A DNA stretch of 61,712 nt, filler included, from Vannella sp. (Eukaryota), in NCBI GenBank assembly GCA_023345925.1. It is 4 parts of 4 records of this genome, joined end to end, with 100 filler letters (N's around TTAATTAATTAA, not from the genome) between each part and the next. Parts side by side here need not be neighbours in the genome. Positions count along the whole stretch, not along the records: positions 24,366 to 40,490 come from JAJQQN010000758.1; 3 more parts are not named here. One strand, 5' to 3'. The notes beneath the pieces were generated by a model. The model worked only from the letters and a program-made list of their open reading frames with translations. It was not told where the DNA came from and did not search any database. The position numbers and the translations under genes are program-made. Shown one piece after another: positions 24,367 through 34,580 of the stretch (positions are counted from its first letter, which is position 1; every line of letters starts with the position of its first letter).

Positions 24367-27300
24367 AATTCCTTTTGGTTAACGGAATGCTGCGATACAC
24401 TGCAAGTTTCTCGAAGTACTCCTGACGGGACGAATTTCATTCAAACCTTTGATGGCACGACACCTTTTATTCGTGTAAAAGGCGTCGATCTTGAGATTCT
24501 GTTTATCTCCAATGGAACTGGGACTTCAGCAGGATTCCGTGGACTCTACAATGACGTGGTCTACAGCAATCAAGTATTTTTCGGTTTTTGCATGACTGGA
24601 AACACCGACTATATCTTGCCTGCCACGATGATGGGGAGTTTTGGCTGCAACGGATATGAAAACTTGGCATTTGTCGAGTGGGAGTATCAATCGAATAGTA
24701 CCGCTGAATTCCTTTTTTCCTCTTTCGACACGGAGCCCAATTTCGACATCTTGTTCGTTTTCCGCATCGGGCCCAATGGCCAACGCACATTACTCAACAC
24801 CTACAGCGGGAATATCACCACAGGGCGCATTGTCGGATCAAACCTTGCTTTTTTCTTTCGATCAAGTAGCTCCACCAATGGTCACACGGGATTTCAAATC
24901 ACTTACTCTCCCTACGCATCTTACTTCAGTGCCTGCAGTAATCAATCATTCCCTGCTTTCATTCAGTTGCCAGTTGGTAACGGCTCTTTCGGCTGTGATA
25001 ACTACGAAAATCTGGCTTTCGTAGAATGGACACTCGACTCAGGTAGCACCCTGTCGGTACTGTCACTATCGTTTCTGGATACTGAGAGCATCTCCGACTC
25101 TGTCACCGTATTTTCTGTGGATTCATTCGGCATTATTACCCTCCTACAAACTTACAGTGGAGCATCGACTCCTCCAGACAAACTCATCGGTACAAACTTC
25201 TTGATACGGTTCCAATCTAACCAGAATAACTCTCTTGCGGGCTTTGAAATGATTTACGAGCCCGCGGTCTTCTCTCCTGCCACACTTGGGATCTGCTCAA
25301 CCAGCGGATATTTTACAATTAATCCCAACACAACCAGCTTCGGCTGTTTTGGATACAGCAACTCTATCACCAGAGAATGGTTCTTCGCATCGGAATTCGA
25401 CAGGATATTTGAATTTCAATCTATCAATACGGAAACAAACTACGACTTTGTTTCTGTTTTCTCAGAAACTGTAGAGGGCGCCCGAGTCTTGTTGGGAACC
25501 TTCAGTGGCTCAATAGTCCCTCTTCAAGTGTTCACCGGTAAACGGCTTGTCTTTCATTTTACTTCTGACGCATCCGGGGGCATGTTTGGTTTCGTGATTG
25601 CCGTGAAAGATCCTTTCATATCGTGTTCCAGCAACTCTCAGTATTCTCTCCAAGAACCGGCGGGTAATTTTGGTTGCAACGGCTACAACAACTCGGTATC
25701 TGTCAAATGGAGTTTCAGTTCCACAATACTCACAGACTTTTCCGTCTCCAACTTTTCCACTGCGAATGATGACTTCAAAATAATGCCCATCCCAAATCCA
25801 AATCCGACAGTTTTGCAGGGTTCCCTTCCAACAGAAATTTTCCGTGGAAAGAGGTTTGACTTCTTGTTCCAATCTGACGCCACCATTACTTCTTCGGGAT
25901 TTTTTATTCAATACGCGCCAGCAGTTTTATCCCGAGATCCTCTCTATGCTCCATGCAGTGTGAGCGCTCTCTATTCATTCGGTGGACCTAGTGGAGATTT
26001 CGGCTGCAATGGGTTTGGCACTAACATCATTGCCCGTTTTGCGCCAGAGAATCCAAGGGAGCGCTTTATCATCTCTTACACTTTCCTGACCCTTTCATCA
26101 TGTTGCGATCTACTCCAAGAGCGTTCCTATCCCTCTGACATTTCACTTCGTTCCTACACTGGATCGTCTTTGCCTCCTGCCGCCTCCGACTTGGGAATGT
26201 CCATTAGGCTTGTGTCCAACGTGTCTAACATGTCTAATGGATTTAAAGCCCATTACCAGAGGTATCAGCCTTTACCTTACGAGAATTGTCTGGACGGGAT
26301 CAACTCGTTGAATCTTTCCACCAATTCAGGGTCATTTGGATGCAACTGGCACGAAAATAATGTTGATATGACCTGGCGTATGGCCAGTACGGAGAAACTA
26401 TTTTTCAATTTCTCCATTTTTGAAACGGAAGCCTGTTGCGACAAGCTGACTGTAACTGGAATTGATCCAAACGGTGTATCTTTCACCTTAAGCACCTATT
26501 CTGGTAATCTCAATTCAATTCCTTGGCTTTCGGGGAAGAATCTCGCTTTTCGCTTCATTTCTGACACCACCCTCGTCAGCAGAGGCTTTCTGATATTCTA
26601 TTCCCCGAATCCCCCTGCTTCTCCGAGCTCTTCATCAAGTTCCTCAGCAAGTTTGACACTTTCTCTATCATTCTCGGCCACGGGCTCGGCCACATTCTCC
26701 CCTTCAGTCACTGAATCTTGCTCTGCCAGTATGTCAGAAACAGCTTCTTCAAGCGGTACAACCACCCCATCTGTGACGCCCTCACATTCAACTAGTGAAA
26801 CAACCTCTTCTACTACTTCTTCTTCGCCCACCGTGACGAAAACCCCGTCCATTTCAAGCACAAACACTCCTTCATCCTTTCCCCAGCCAACATCGATCTC
26901 TCCCAGTGCAACAGCTTCCCCTTCTGAAACACAGTCTCCCACTGGGACCACAACAGCGACCGTTTCCCCGACTAGTACCTCTTCAGCTTCATCCTCGTCC
27001 TCCCCATCTGAGATATCAAGCTGGAGTAGCTCTCCCAGTGCGACAGCTTCCCCTTCAGAAACACAGTCTCCCACTGGGACTATAACAGCGACCGTTTCCC
27101 CGACTAGTACCTCTCCAGCTTCATCCTCGTCCTCCTCATCTGAGACGTCAAGCTGGAGTAGCTCTCCCAGTGAGACAGCTTCCCCATCAGAAACACAGTC
27201 TCCTACTGGGACCATAACAGCGACCGTTTCCCCGACTAGTACCTCTTCAGCTTCATCCTCGTCCTCTTCATCTGAAACGTCAAGCTGGAGTAGCTCTCCC

Positions 27301-28629
27301 TGTGTGACAGCTTCCCCTTCAGAGACCAAAACAGCGACTGCTTCATCTACAAATACCTCTTCAGCTTCATCCTCGTCCAGCAGCTCTCCCAGCACTTTCA
27401 CTTCTGACTCAGAAACAGGTTCTCTAAGCATTTCCAGCACATCCTCTGGCACTTCAACTCAAACGCCTCCACTTAGATCCTCATTTTCAGTATCAACCTC
27501 TTCTCATCCAATCAGCCCCACTCTTTCAAACACGGAGACATTGGCAAGCAGAGAAAGTAACTCAACTACTCCCAGTCCGAGTGAAAGCTGTTCCTCGAGT
27601 GCAGCTTCTTCGACACCAGATATCCCTTTTGAGATCACGGACAGTCTAACTCTTTCCGTCACACCTTCTCCTGTGACATCAAGTTTAGGAAGTTCCTCCA
27701 AAACTTTGAGTGATGCTCTCAGCTTGAGTGATAATCCTCCGCGTTCGACCACTGCATCAGAGTCACGTCTTAGTGCAATACCCGTGAGCTCCAGCGAGAC
27801 ACCATTTTCCCCAATTCCCGCTCCGTCAACCCCTTCATCCTCATTTGAACCCCAACTTTCTTCACCCTCAGCCTCTGCACTGCCTTCTTCCACTTTGGAG
27901 ATCGTTCCGAGGGCAACATCTGCAATCGACACGTGTGATGATGAACAAACTACCTGCCAAACAGGGGGAATACTCTTATCCTTTGGTGCACAAGCACCCC
28001 AAGGCACTCCCAGTCTCTCTTCCCGTGATACGTTGGTGGTTGACTTAGTGACTGACCAAGGCCTTTCAGTGGGGAGTATCGACTTACCAAGTAGTATCAC
28101 CAACTCAGGCCAATTGCAAGCCAACTTTGTTGTAGTGGTCAATAGCACTTCCGCCCTTCCCAATCCAGGGGGAGTAGGTGCTGTTGTCCTCGACCTCTCG
28201 CTAACAGACGAAGATGGCACAGCCATCACCAACCTCCCAGATGACATCAAAATATGCTTGCAGGATCCCGTCAAACAAAGGAAGGGTAGTCACTCGAAAC
28301 CTTTGTGTCTGGGTTTCTTTGACGTGAGAAAGAACCGCTGGAAATGCCAAGACTCCTGTCTAACGCAACAGAATGGGACACTTTGTGGGACAACCAGTCA
28401 CTTGACCTCCTTTGCCCTACTTCTTCAAGGATCGGATAACAAAGATAGAGTCTGTGGCAGTTCCCAGAGCGGTAGCGTACTATCGTGGGTGTCTTTTTCC
28501 CTCCTGTGTCTTGCTGTCTTCGTTGTAGCATTATCTGCATGTGCCGCTGAGACGAAAGCGCGAGCTAAACGCTATCGTGTTGACAGATTACTGTCTCGCC
28601 TCGGCAAAACTGAGCCTACCACGTTATAA
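24367..28629 (+). CDS. Cell-surface protein: about 6-7 CUB domains, Ser/Thr mucin stalk, GAIN/GPS domain, single TM; 5'-truncated
   Basis: Frame is open from the contig start. Repeated CUB motifs GxFGCxxYxN..FxTExxxDxVxV..FxSD..GFxIxY. GPS motif CLGFFD..WKCQDSC..LCGTTSHLTSFALLL. TM segment VLSWVSFSLLCLAVFVVALSAC. Confidence 0.88.
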   Translation, partial: NSFWLTECCDTLQVSRSTPDGTNFIQTFDGTTPFIRVKGVDLEILFISNGTGTSAGFRGLYNDVVYSNQVFFGFCMTGNTDYILPATMMGSFGCNGYENLAFVEWEYQSNSTAEFLFSSFDTEPNFDILFVFRIGPNGQRTLLNTYSGNITTGRIVGSNLAFFFRSSSSTNGHTGFQITYSPYASYFSACSNQSFPAFIQLPVGNGSFGCDNYENLAFVEWTLDSGSTLSVLSLSFLDTESISDSVTVFSVDSFGIITLLQTYSGASTPPDKLIGTNFLIRFQSNQNNSLAGFEMIYEPAVFSPATLGICSTSGYFTINPNTTSFGCFGYSNSITREWFFASEFDRIFEFQSINTETNYDFVSVFSETVEGARVLLGTFSGSIVPLQVFTGKRLVFHFTSDASGGMFGFVIAVKDPFISCSSNSQYSLQEPAGNFGCNGYNNSVSVKWSFSSTILTDFSVSNFSTANDDFKIMPIPNPNPTVLQGSLPTEIFRGKRFDFLFQSDATITSSGFFIQYAPAVLSRDPLYAPCSVSALYSFGGPSGDFGCNGFGTNIIARFAPENPRERFIISYTFLTLSSCCDLLQERSYPSDISLRSYTGSSLPPAASDLGMSIRLVSNVSNMSNGFKAHYQRYQPLPYENCLDGINSLNLSTNSGSFGCNWHENNVDMTWRMASTEKLFFNFSIFETEACCDKLTVTGIDPNGVSFTLSTYSGNLNSIPWLSGKNLAFRFISDTTLVSRGFLIFYSPNPPASPSSSSSSSASLTLSLSFSATGSATFSPSVTESCSASMSETASSSGTTTPSVTPSHSTSETTSSTTSSSPTVTKTPSISSTNTPSSFPQPTSISPSATASPSETQSPTGTTTATVSPTSTSSASSSSSPSEISSWSSSPSATASPSETQSPTGTITATVSPTSTSPASSSSSSSETSSWSSSPSETASPSETQSPTGTITATVSPTSTSSASSSSSSSETSSWSSSPCVTASPSETKTATASSTNTSSASSSSSSSPSTFTSDSETGSLSISSTSSGTSTQTPPLRSSFSVSTSSHPISPTLSNTETLASRESNSTTPSPSESCSSSAASSTPDIPFEITDSLTLSVTPSPVTSSLGSSSKTLSDALSLSDNPPRSTTASESRLSAIPVSSSETPFSPIPAPSTPSSSFEPQLSSPSASALPSSTLEIVPRATSAIDTCDDEQTTCQTGGILLSFGAQAPQGTPSLSSRDTLVVDLVTDQGLSVGSIDLPSSITNSGQLQANFVVVVNSTSALPNPGGVGAVVLDLSLTDEDGTAITNLPDDIKICLQDPVKQRKGSHSKPLCLGFFDVRKNRWKCQDSCLTQQNGTLCGTTSHLTSFALLLQGSDNKDRVCGSSQSGSVLSWVSFSLLCLAVFVVALSACAAETKARAKRYRVDRLLSRLGKTEPTTL
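26899..27320 (+). repeat. 132-bp (44-aa) tandem repeat, about 3.2 copies, in the mucin stalk
   Basis: TCTCCC(A/T)GTG..ACAGCTTCCCC recurs at 26899, 27031, 27163 and 27295. Confidence 0.92.
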
Positions 28630-28899
28630 ACTTCTTTTCTGGAACCCTTGGAAAGAGCTCTACATTCTCTTTTTGGTCAATGAACCGAACCGGTAGTTCA
28701 GCGCCCACCGTCCCTGGGCTTTGGTTGAATGTACCAAAAGCTACACCAGAGGAAATTGAAGCTCTAGCTCGTGCACAAGCAGTTATGGTTGGAGTAGAGC
28801 CTCCTGGCGTTGCCCTAGTTGCTCTTTGGTAAGGACAAGTACCTCCTGTCAGGCATGTCAGCTCTTGGAAAATAGAGATGTTAGTGCGGAACATTACCT

Positions 28900-29900
28900 T
28901 CAAATAAAGGAGCTTTGCACCACAGCAGAGTTCGTGGTAACAATCAACTGAATCTTCTTCTCTTCGCAAAAGTTACGGACGAGAAAGGAACGCCTCCTGG
29001 AGAGTAGGATAGAGTACTTCATTAATCCACCTCTTGCATCAATAGAAACTTAGGAGGTTGGGTTGCCACTGTCGAGGGGCCTTGGTCCTTGCGAGGGTGA
29101 ACAAGAAGACCAAGGCTTGGAACACCTTCTGGAAAGCCTGTCCTTCGGAAGAGAATCTCCACACTAGCTTTCTGCGCAAAAATGGCTGGTTGCCTTCTCT
29201 GATGTAGGAAAATTGTATCGCGCTGTAAGTCGGAAAGAGCGCTTCCAAGTGCGATATGATGGCCGTCTTGGTCAGGATGATTAGTATTAGTGATGGAGGA
29301 GGAAATGTTCATCTCTTACTTAGTCGGATTCTTCTCACTGCCCAAAGAAGGAGCCGCAGCTGCACACAGTGGAAGACAGGTCAACAGATTGCATCTCTCT
29401 GCTCACAATAGAGGAAAAGTAGGGTGAGGGACCAATAACTGCGAACCGAACCTTCTGCTCCACCTCCACCAGGTCGGCAGGTGTTCTATCTCAATAACCC
29501 ATTGGCCTTGATTTCACAAGAGAGCTTGGTCACCCAAGGATGCCTCCAACTGTGGCTGCGCAATCCGGACGCTGGAGGAGAAGGTCGGAAATGTCGACAT
29601 GCTCAATCAAGGGCGTTGAGTAACAAGGCGGCTTCTGTGGGCATGAGGAAGAGGGGAGTTGCTGCACTATGAGATGTTATCTGGGGCGCTCTACTCCCTC
29701 GCATCGCTCTAGTCTCCGGAAACATGCAGGGAGAGTCTGTGGAGCGTGAGTTGTACGAACAGAAGAGGAGAAGCAACGCCCAAAGTAAACTGGTCTTTCC
29801 TGATCCGTTCGCTCCAATCTGTTGCTCTTGTAGAGGGAACCGAGCTTTCGAGAAGAGGCCCAGGGACGAGACCACCAGCGCCTCGGGTCACAGCGTGGCT
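28900..29900 (-). pseudogene. Fragmented AAA_15/AAA_21-type (ABC superfamily) ATPase
   Basis: Collinear motifs in different frames: LVVSSLGLFSKARF..IGANGSGKTSLLWAL (Walker A at 29789-29815), SEGQAFQKVF (signature-like), FLLMQEVD (Walker B-like), LYPTLQEAFL (D-loop-like), KIQLIVTTNSAVV (H-loop-like, about 28927-28950). Several stops and frameshifts. Confidence 0.65.
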
Positions 29901-30006
29901 CATTCGCCTTGCTGCAAAATGCTTTCATTTACGAGCTTTTGGTAATTAAATACAGAAAAGCTTGTTCTGAGATGAAAGTCTTTTTTTCCTGTCCGGCTGC
30001 CGGGTC

Positions 30007-31233
30007 ATGTCAAAAGTTCTGGGATTCCTCTTGCTGTTGGTGGCCCTGTCATGCAGCAAGACTATTGGTGTTTCAGATCCTAGCTTCCGCTTTGTAGGTC
30101 GCTACGTGAACTACGAGTCTCCGAGTACTCCGTACATTGGCTTCGACTGGTCTGGGGTGGAGTTGCACTTCTCCATCACAGGCACCACCCAGTAAGACTC
30201 GCCCTCCATCCTTAGCATGCACCACTTAACTAGAGTAGAGTGACCCTGCTCATGAAAGGGCAAAACAACTTCTACAACGTCTTCGTGAATGGAACCCTCG
30301 TTCAAGTGGTCTCCACCAAATCACGAGTGAGCCATTACCCTCTTGAATGGCGCTTCGACCCAAACGAAAGCACCAAAGTGCTTATCACAAAGCGCACGGA
30401 AGCTCAAGTGAGCACCAAGGAAGAGAACTTTCTCGGCCTTGAAGTGGATGATTCAGCCTCTTTAGTAGCCCTTCCTCCTGCCGCTGAACGCCGCCTTGAG
30501 TTCTTGGGTGACAGTATTACCTGTGGTTTTGGCATTCTCGCGCGTGGCAACAGCCCTGGATGTAAGAATCCTGAAGGACGGGTTGAAGACAACTGGGTTA
30601 CCTACGGACCGCTGGTGTCTCGCCGCTTTGGAGGTGAGCAAACTTCTCTTTGATGTGAAAGCTTGCGCCATCCTGACAGACACCGAAAGCTGATGTCCAT
30701 GTGGAATCCTGGAGTGGAATTGGTCTTGTGAAGAACTACGGGGACCCTCTGCCCTCAGAGACTCCCTTCCCTGCTTATTGGAACCGAACGATTGCAGTAG
30801 AACCAAAGCCAATTTACAACTTTACCCAATTCATCCCCCAAGCGGTGGTTATTAACTTGGGCACCAACGATTACAGCGAAGAACCTTTTCCTTCTCGCGC
30901 TCAATTCGAAAGCGCCTACATCACCTTCATAGAGACTATCAGAGAATCGTACGGTTCATCCATTCCAGTGTTTTTAGTGTGTGGACCCATGAGCCCGTCT
31001 GCGCAGAGCTGCCAATACATCCAGAATGTGGTGAAACAGGTCAAAAACAGTTATTACATTCCCATGAATGGCCTCCTCAACGATAAGAACTACGGAGTAG
31101 GTCCACTTCCTCCCCATGAATGGTCTCTCACCTCCTCCAGTGCAATGGACACCCCAACGTATCTGGTCATGAGAAGATGGCGGAAGTTGTCATTCCTGTC
31201 ATCGCAACGACACTGGGATGGAACCAAGTATAA
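30007..31233 (+). CDS. Secreted SGNH hydrolase, carbohydrate esterase family 2-like; 3 introns
   Basis: Signal peptide, then FVGRY..FDWSG, KRTEA, RRLEFLGDSITCGFG, SWSGIG, VVINLGTND. The last exon after intron 31097-31140 reads CNGHPNVSGHEKMA..LGWNQV*. Confidence 0.85.
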
Positions 31234-31307
31234 GTTATACTCTGCCAAATCCTGCCCCTCAACCGGAGGAGGAGCAAAATCACAAAATCAAACGAAGACT
31301 TTTCAAT

Positions 31308-32171
31308 TCACATCACTTCCGGGACTGGGGCTTCGCGAACTGGCTGCTCGTGAGGGTTCCAAGTGGGAGCCAGAGAGGATATGAAAGGGATGACAAGATC
31401 AGAGATCTCCCCTACAATGCCGCGGTTCTCTTCCACTCGAGGAACCCCAACGGCGGCACCTTCCTGCCCTGGGTTCTCTTGGGGGCGGGGATTGTACAAG
31501 TGTACCCGAAAATGGCCAGTAAGATATCTGTCCTATCCAATGAGACTCGCATTCAAAGGGGGCAAAGGTCACACCTACAAGTACAGAATGAAGGCTCCCA
31601 CAAGAAGCACAATCGCCCGGATAGTCCCGCCTCCTTGAAGGAGGATGAAGACCATAACTACCAACTTGAATAGCAGTGCTAAATCCCCTCCACCCCCTGC
31701 CTGATTGTCCTGAGGAGCAACTAATGGAGGTTGGACTTGTGGTTGTGGGATCTGCTGTTGCTGTTGGGCCTGCTGCCGTTGCTGCTGCATTCTCAGACGC
31801 TCGTATTGAAGCCTCCTTTGAGCGATTGGATCATTCTCAGTAGAGTCAGGAGAAGCAGGGGCGGTGGGGGAGATAACCAGATGCACGGTTATCGCATTGC
31901 TGGCGTCCACCTGACAATGGGTTAGGAAGCAGGAAGCTCCTTTGGGATTCCTTACTGCTGAAAAGACATCAGAAAGAATCTGATGATCCTGAAGGAGGGC
32001 TCCAAAGAAGATCAGCCTCTGTCGAGCAGCAGAGGGACGAGAAGGATAATCCCTCTCCAACATTGCCTTCAACGCCCCCACGGTGCATTCTCCCTGCATC
32101 ACCAATGAAAAGTCCTCTCGCACAGAAGGATTGCGGATGACCAGGGAGAGGGAGAGAGAGGCGCTTGCCAT
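31308..32171 (-). CDS. HERP-like ubiquitin-like-domain membrane protein (ERAD)
   Basis: UBL domain LVIRNPS..TVGALKAMLERDYPSRP..QRLIFFGALLQDHQILSDVF, a Q-rich linker, hydrophobic LALLFKLVVMVFIL, and C-terminal PFISSLAP. Confidence 0.75.
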
Positions 32172-32288
32172 GACGTGGCGAAGGAGGGAAATGCCAATCC
32201 AACTCCAATCAACTTCAAAATCAAGAAGAAGTTTTAGAAAAGTGTGACAAACCACAGAAGTGGGAAAAGGGGATTATTCTCTCAACCC

Positions 32289-33158
32289 TCACCAAAAGGA
32301 TGTGGGGGGATGGGAAGAAGACAGGGCGTTGAGATGCCAATCATAAGCAAAGTACAACAAAGGGGTGGGTTTGTTGATGGCAACGTAAGTTTGAACGGAA
32401 AGAGGAGCAAAGGTGAGGATGAAGTTCTCCACTGAACCAAAAGGATTGTTGTTGTTGAGACACGGACAAGTGTCATTCTCAAAGTCTGAGGCAAACCAGA
32501 GGAAAATGGAGGAAACGTACATGATGTTGGCCTCCTCGTCCAGGTAGAGCCCTTTTCCCGTGTTGGCGAGGAACTGCTCCATCGAATGGTTCTTTTGGGC
32601 TTCAATAGCTGGCCCTGTGAAGGCAATAGGTTGTAGATCAGGGCAACTCACAGAGGCACACACTATGCAAGCATGGATACGAGGATCACCCATCCCGCGG
32701 ATCTTATCTTCGATCTCAGTTAGGGTCATCACCTGTCCAGCAAACGTCCCTGCAGGCAGATTCCACACGGCCTTGAAGAACCCACTGATGTCACGAATGC
32801 TTCGAATAGGCCACACAAGCTTTCCCAAGCGAAGCTTGTCGGGATGTGTCACCACCATGTTCACCGCCCACGCGTTGTACGTGTTGATCAGAATGGCCCA
32901 TTGTTCGTCAAGAGAGTAGTTCCCGAGGGCAGAGATCTCAGCAAGGGAGGTGAGGTAGCTTGTGAACTCGACATCCATGTTGCGGCGAAGTCCTTGATAG
33001 TCAAAAGCAGTCTCGTTAACGCCTCGGATCGTCTGGCCACTATGTAAGTAGCGATCGAGAACAGTTTGCCAGTTGGAGTGGTCAAAAACAAGCTCGTCTG
33101 CCAAGGCGGAAGCCCACAAACACCCAAAGAGCCCGAACCAGACCAGCCACCGCCCCAT
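32289..33158 (-). CDS. Secreted DUF547-domain protein
   Basis: Signal peptide; motifs AILINTYNA, DPRIHACIVCASVSCPDL, VSSIFLWFASDF, YDWHLN. Confidence 0.88.
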   Translation of the reverse strand: MGRWLVWFGLFGCLWASALADELVFDHSNWQTVLDRYLHSGQTIRGVNETAFDYQGLRRNMDVEFTSYLTSLAEISALGNYSLDEQWAILINTYNAWAVNMVVTHPDKLRLGKLVWPIRSIRDISGFFKAVWNLPAGTFAGQVMTLTEIEDKIRGMGDPRIHACIVCASVSCPDLQPIAFTGPAIEAQKNHSMEQFLANTGKGLYLDEEANIMYVSSIFLWFASDFENDTCPCLNNNNPFGSVENFILTFAPLSVQTYVAINKPTPLLYFAYDWHLNALSSSHPPTSFW

Positions 33159-33389
33159 CCCGAACAAATAGAAATGACAGAAAGGAGATTTGCTCTAGCT
33201 TCGTGGTGATTGCATTGTCAAAAGAAGGAAATTGGACCAGCATCGTCTTCCCACAATCCCTCAGAAACCCAAACCCGAATCATTGAGGGACAGGAAGACT
33301 GAAATAGTGTTTTGGCGAGCACTAGGAGGAGAGGAAAGAAACACCAAAGAGGAATACGGAGGAGTTACGCAACATTCAGGCAAGAAACC

Positions 33390-34514
33390 TTACTTTTTCA
33401 AGGTTGGACAGACTTTAGCGTGTCCCCCCTTCCAGTCGCTCAATTGGCATTCTCTGCCACAGTATCTTCGCTTTTTGCATTGTGAACAGAGCTTGAGAGG
33501 TGCCTTCGGGTCCTCTTCACGAGAGCAGAAGTCGCAACTTCTCCGAATTTGAGGGGCTTTGTGGCCTTCATAATCTGCTGCGAAGGAGACGGATGCATTA
33601 TAGGCCTCATGGTTCCCTTCTAGAAGCTGTAAAGTGGATGTGATGGCGTGTTTCCCCTGCGCGTTGGTCAGTTTGACTGCTTTGAGTGCTTGAATGTAGC
33701 CTAAATGGACCATTTGGGGACCTAAGTGCACAGAATACATCTGCTGGATGAATCGAGTGTAGCACAAGGCACTAGACACAGAGCGAACACTCATACACGG
33801 AGGCATTTCGATGTTACCCTCTTTGACATAAGAGAGGACGACAGTGAAGAGGGGCTTATTGGCAGCAATACTTTCGAAGACGTTCCTCTGTCTTTGAGTG
33901 AATACAGGCTGCATGATCTCACCGCAAGCTTTGATAGCCAAGTTCATGGTAGACACATCCACGGGGAAGTACTCAGCGATGGCGCCTTCCTGAAGGATGA
34001 TCTCCACTATGAGTGGCACCAACTCTCTCATGTCTTCTGATGTCTGGTTTCTATGGTTCAGGCAACCTTCTGCAACACTGTAGATGGCGCACTTCCGAAT
34101 ATCTCGGAAGTCATCTGGGACAGGGGTTCGCTCTCCGGTAGAAGACCGCGCTTCGGCATACTTTCGACAAAGCACCAGAGTGTGAACCAGTGCCGAAGTC
34201 GCTCCAGCCTGGAACACTGAAGCCACGTGGTGGTCATCTGCACACCAGTGGAAAAGAGCCTCCGAGTCTCGCACTCTCAGCTCAGAGATTTGCTTGGCTT
34301 GCTGAATACGTTTGAGACATCGCTGAACCTTGTCCGCAGGGAAAGGAGCAATGACTTGATCAGCAGCAATGACTTGATCCAAAGCGTAGATCTCCTCCAC
34401 TGACATCTGCCCAGACCGTATCTTTTGGAGGAGAGACAACCCTGCGAGAGGGTCTCCACTCTCTTGCAACTCTCGCCACTGATCTGCAGCCGACTTGTCG
34501 CCCTTCTTGCTCAT
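33390..34514 (-). CDS. MYND zinc-finger protein with helical N-terminal region
   Basis: C-terminal CDFC..LCSQCKKRRYCGRECQLSDWKGGHAKVC. Confidence 0.88.
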   Translation of the reverse strand: MSKKGDKSAADQWRELQESGDPLAGLSLLQKIRSGQMSVEEIYALDQVIAADQVIAPFPADKVQRCLKRIQQAKQISELRVRDSEALFHWCADDHHVASVFQAGATSALVHTLVLCRKYAEARSSTGERTPVPDDFRDIRKCAIYSVAEGCLNHRNQTSEDMRELVPLIVEIILQEGAIAEYFPVDVSTMNLAIKACGEIMQPVFTQRQRNVFESIAANKPLFTVVLSYVKEGNIEMPPCMSVRSVSSALCYTRFIQQMYSVHLGPQMVHLGYIQALKAVKLTNAQGKHAITSTLQLLEGNHEAYNASVSFAADYEGHKAPQIRRSCDFCSREEDPKAPLKLCSQCKKRRYCGRECQLSDWKGGHAKVCPTLKK

Positions 34515-34580
34515 CGAGAAAGTGCAAAATGAATGCTTTCTGAGCCAAAAGCAAAAAAATGGTGTCTTCTGGGTTTATGT

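Noticed and set aside
26899..27320. Regular repeats as a possible CRISPR array
   Set aside because: In-frame coding tandem units without unique spacers, in a eukaryotic gene, with no cas genes.
26598..28274. Long minus-strand ORFs (284 and 256 aa)
   Set aside because: Antisense shadows of the Ser/Thr-rich repeat coding strand.
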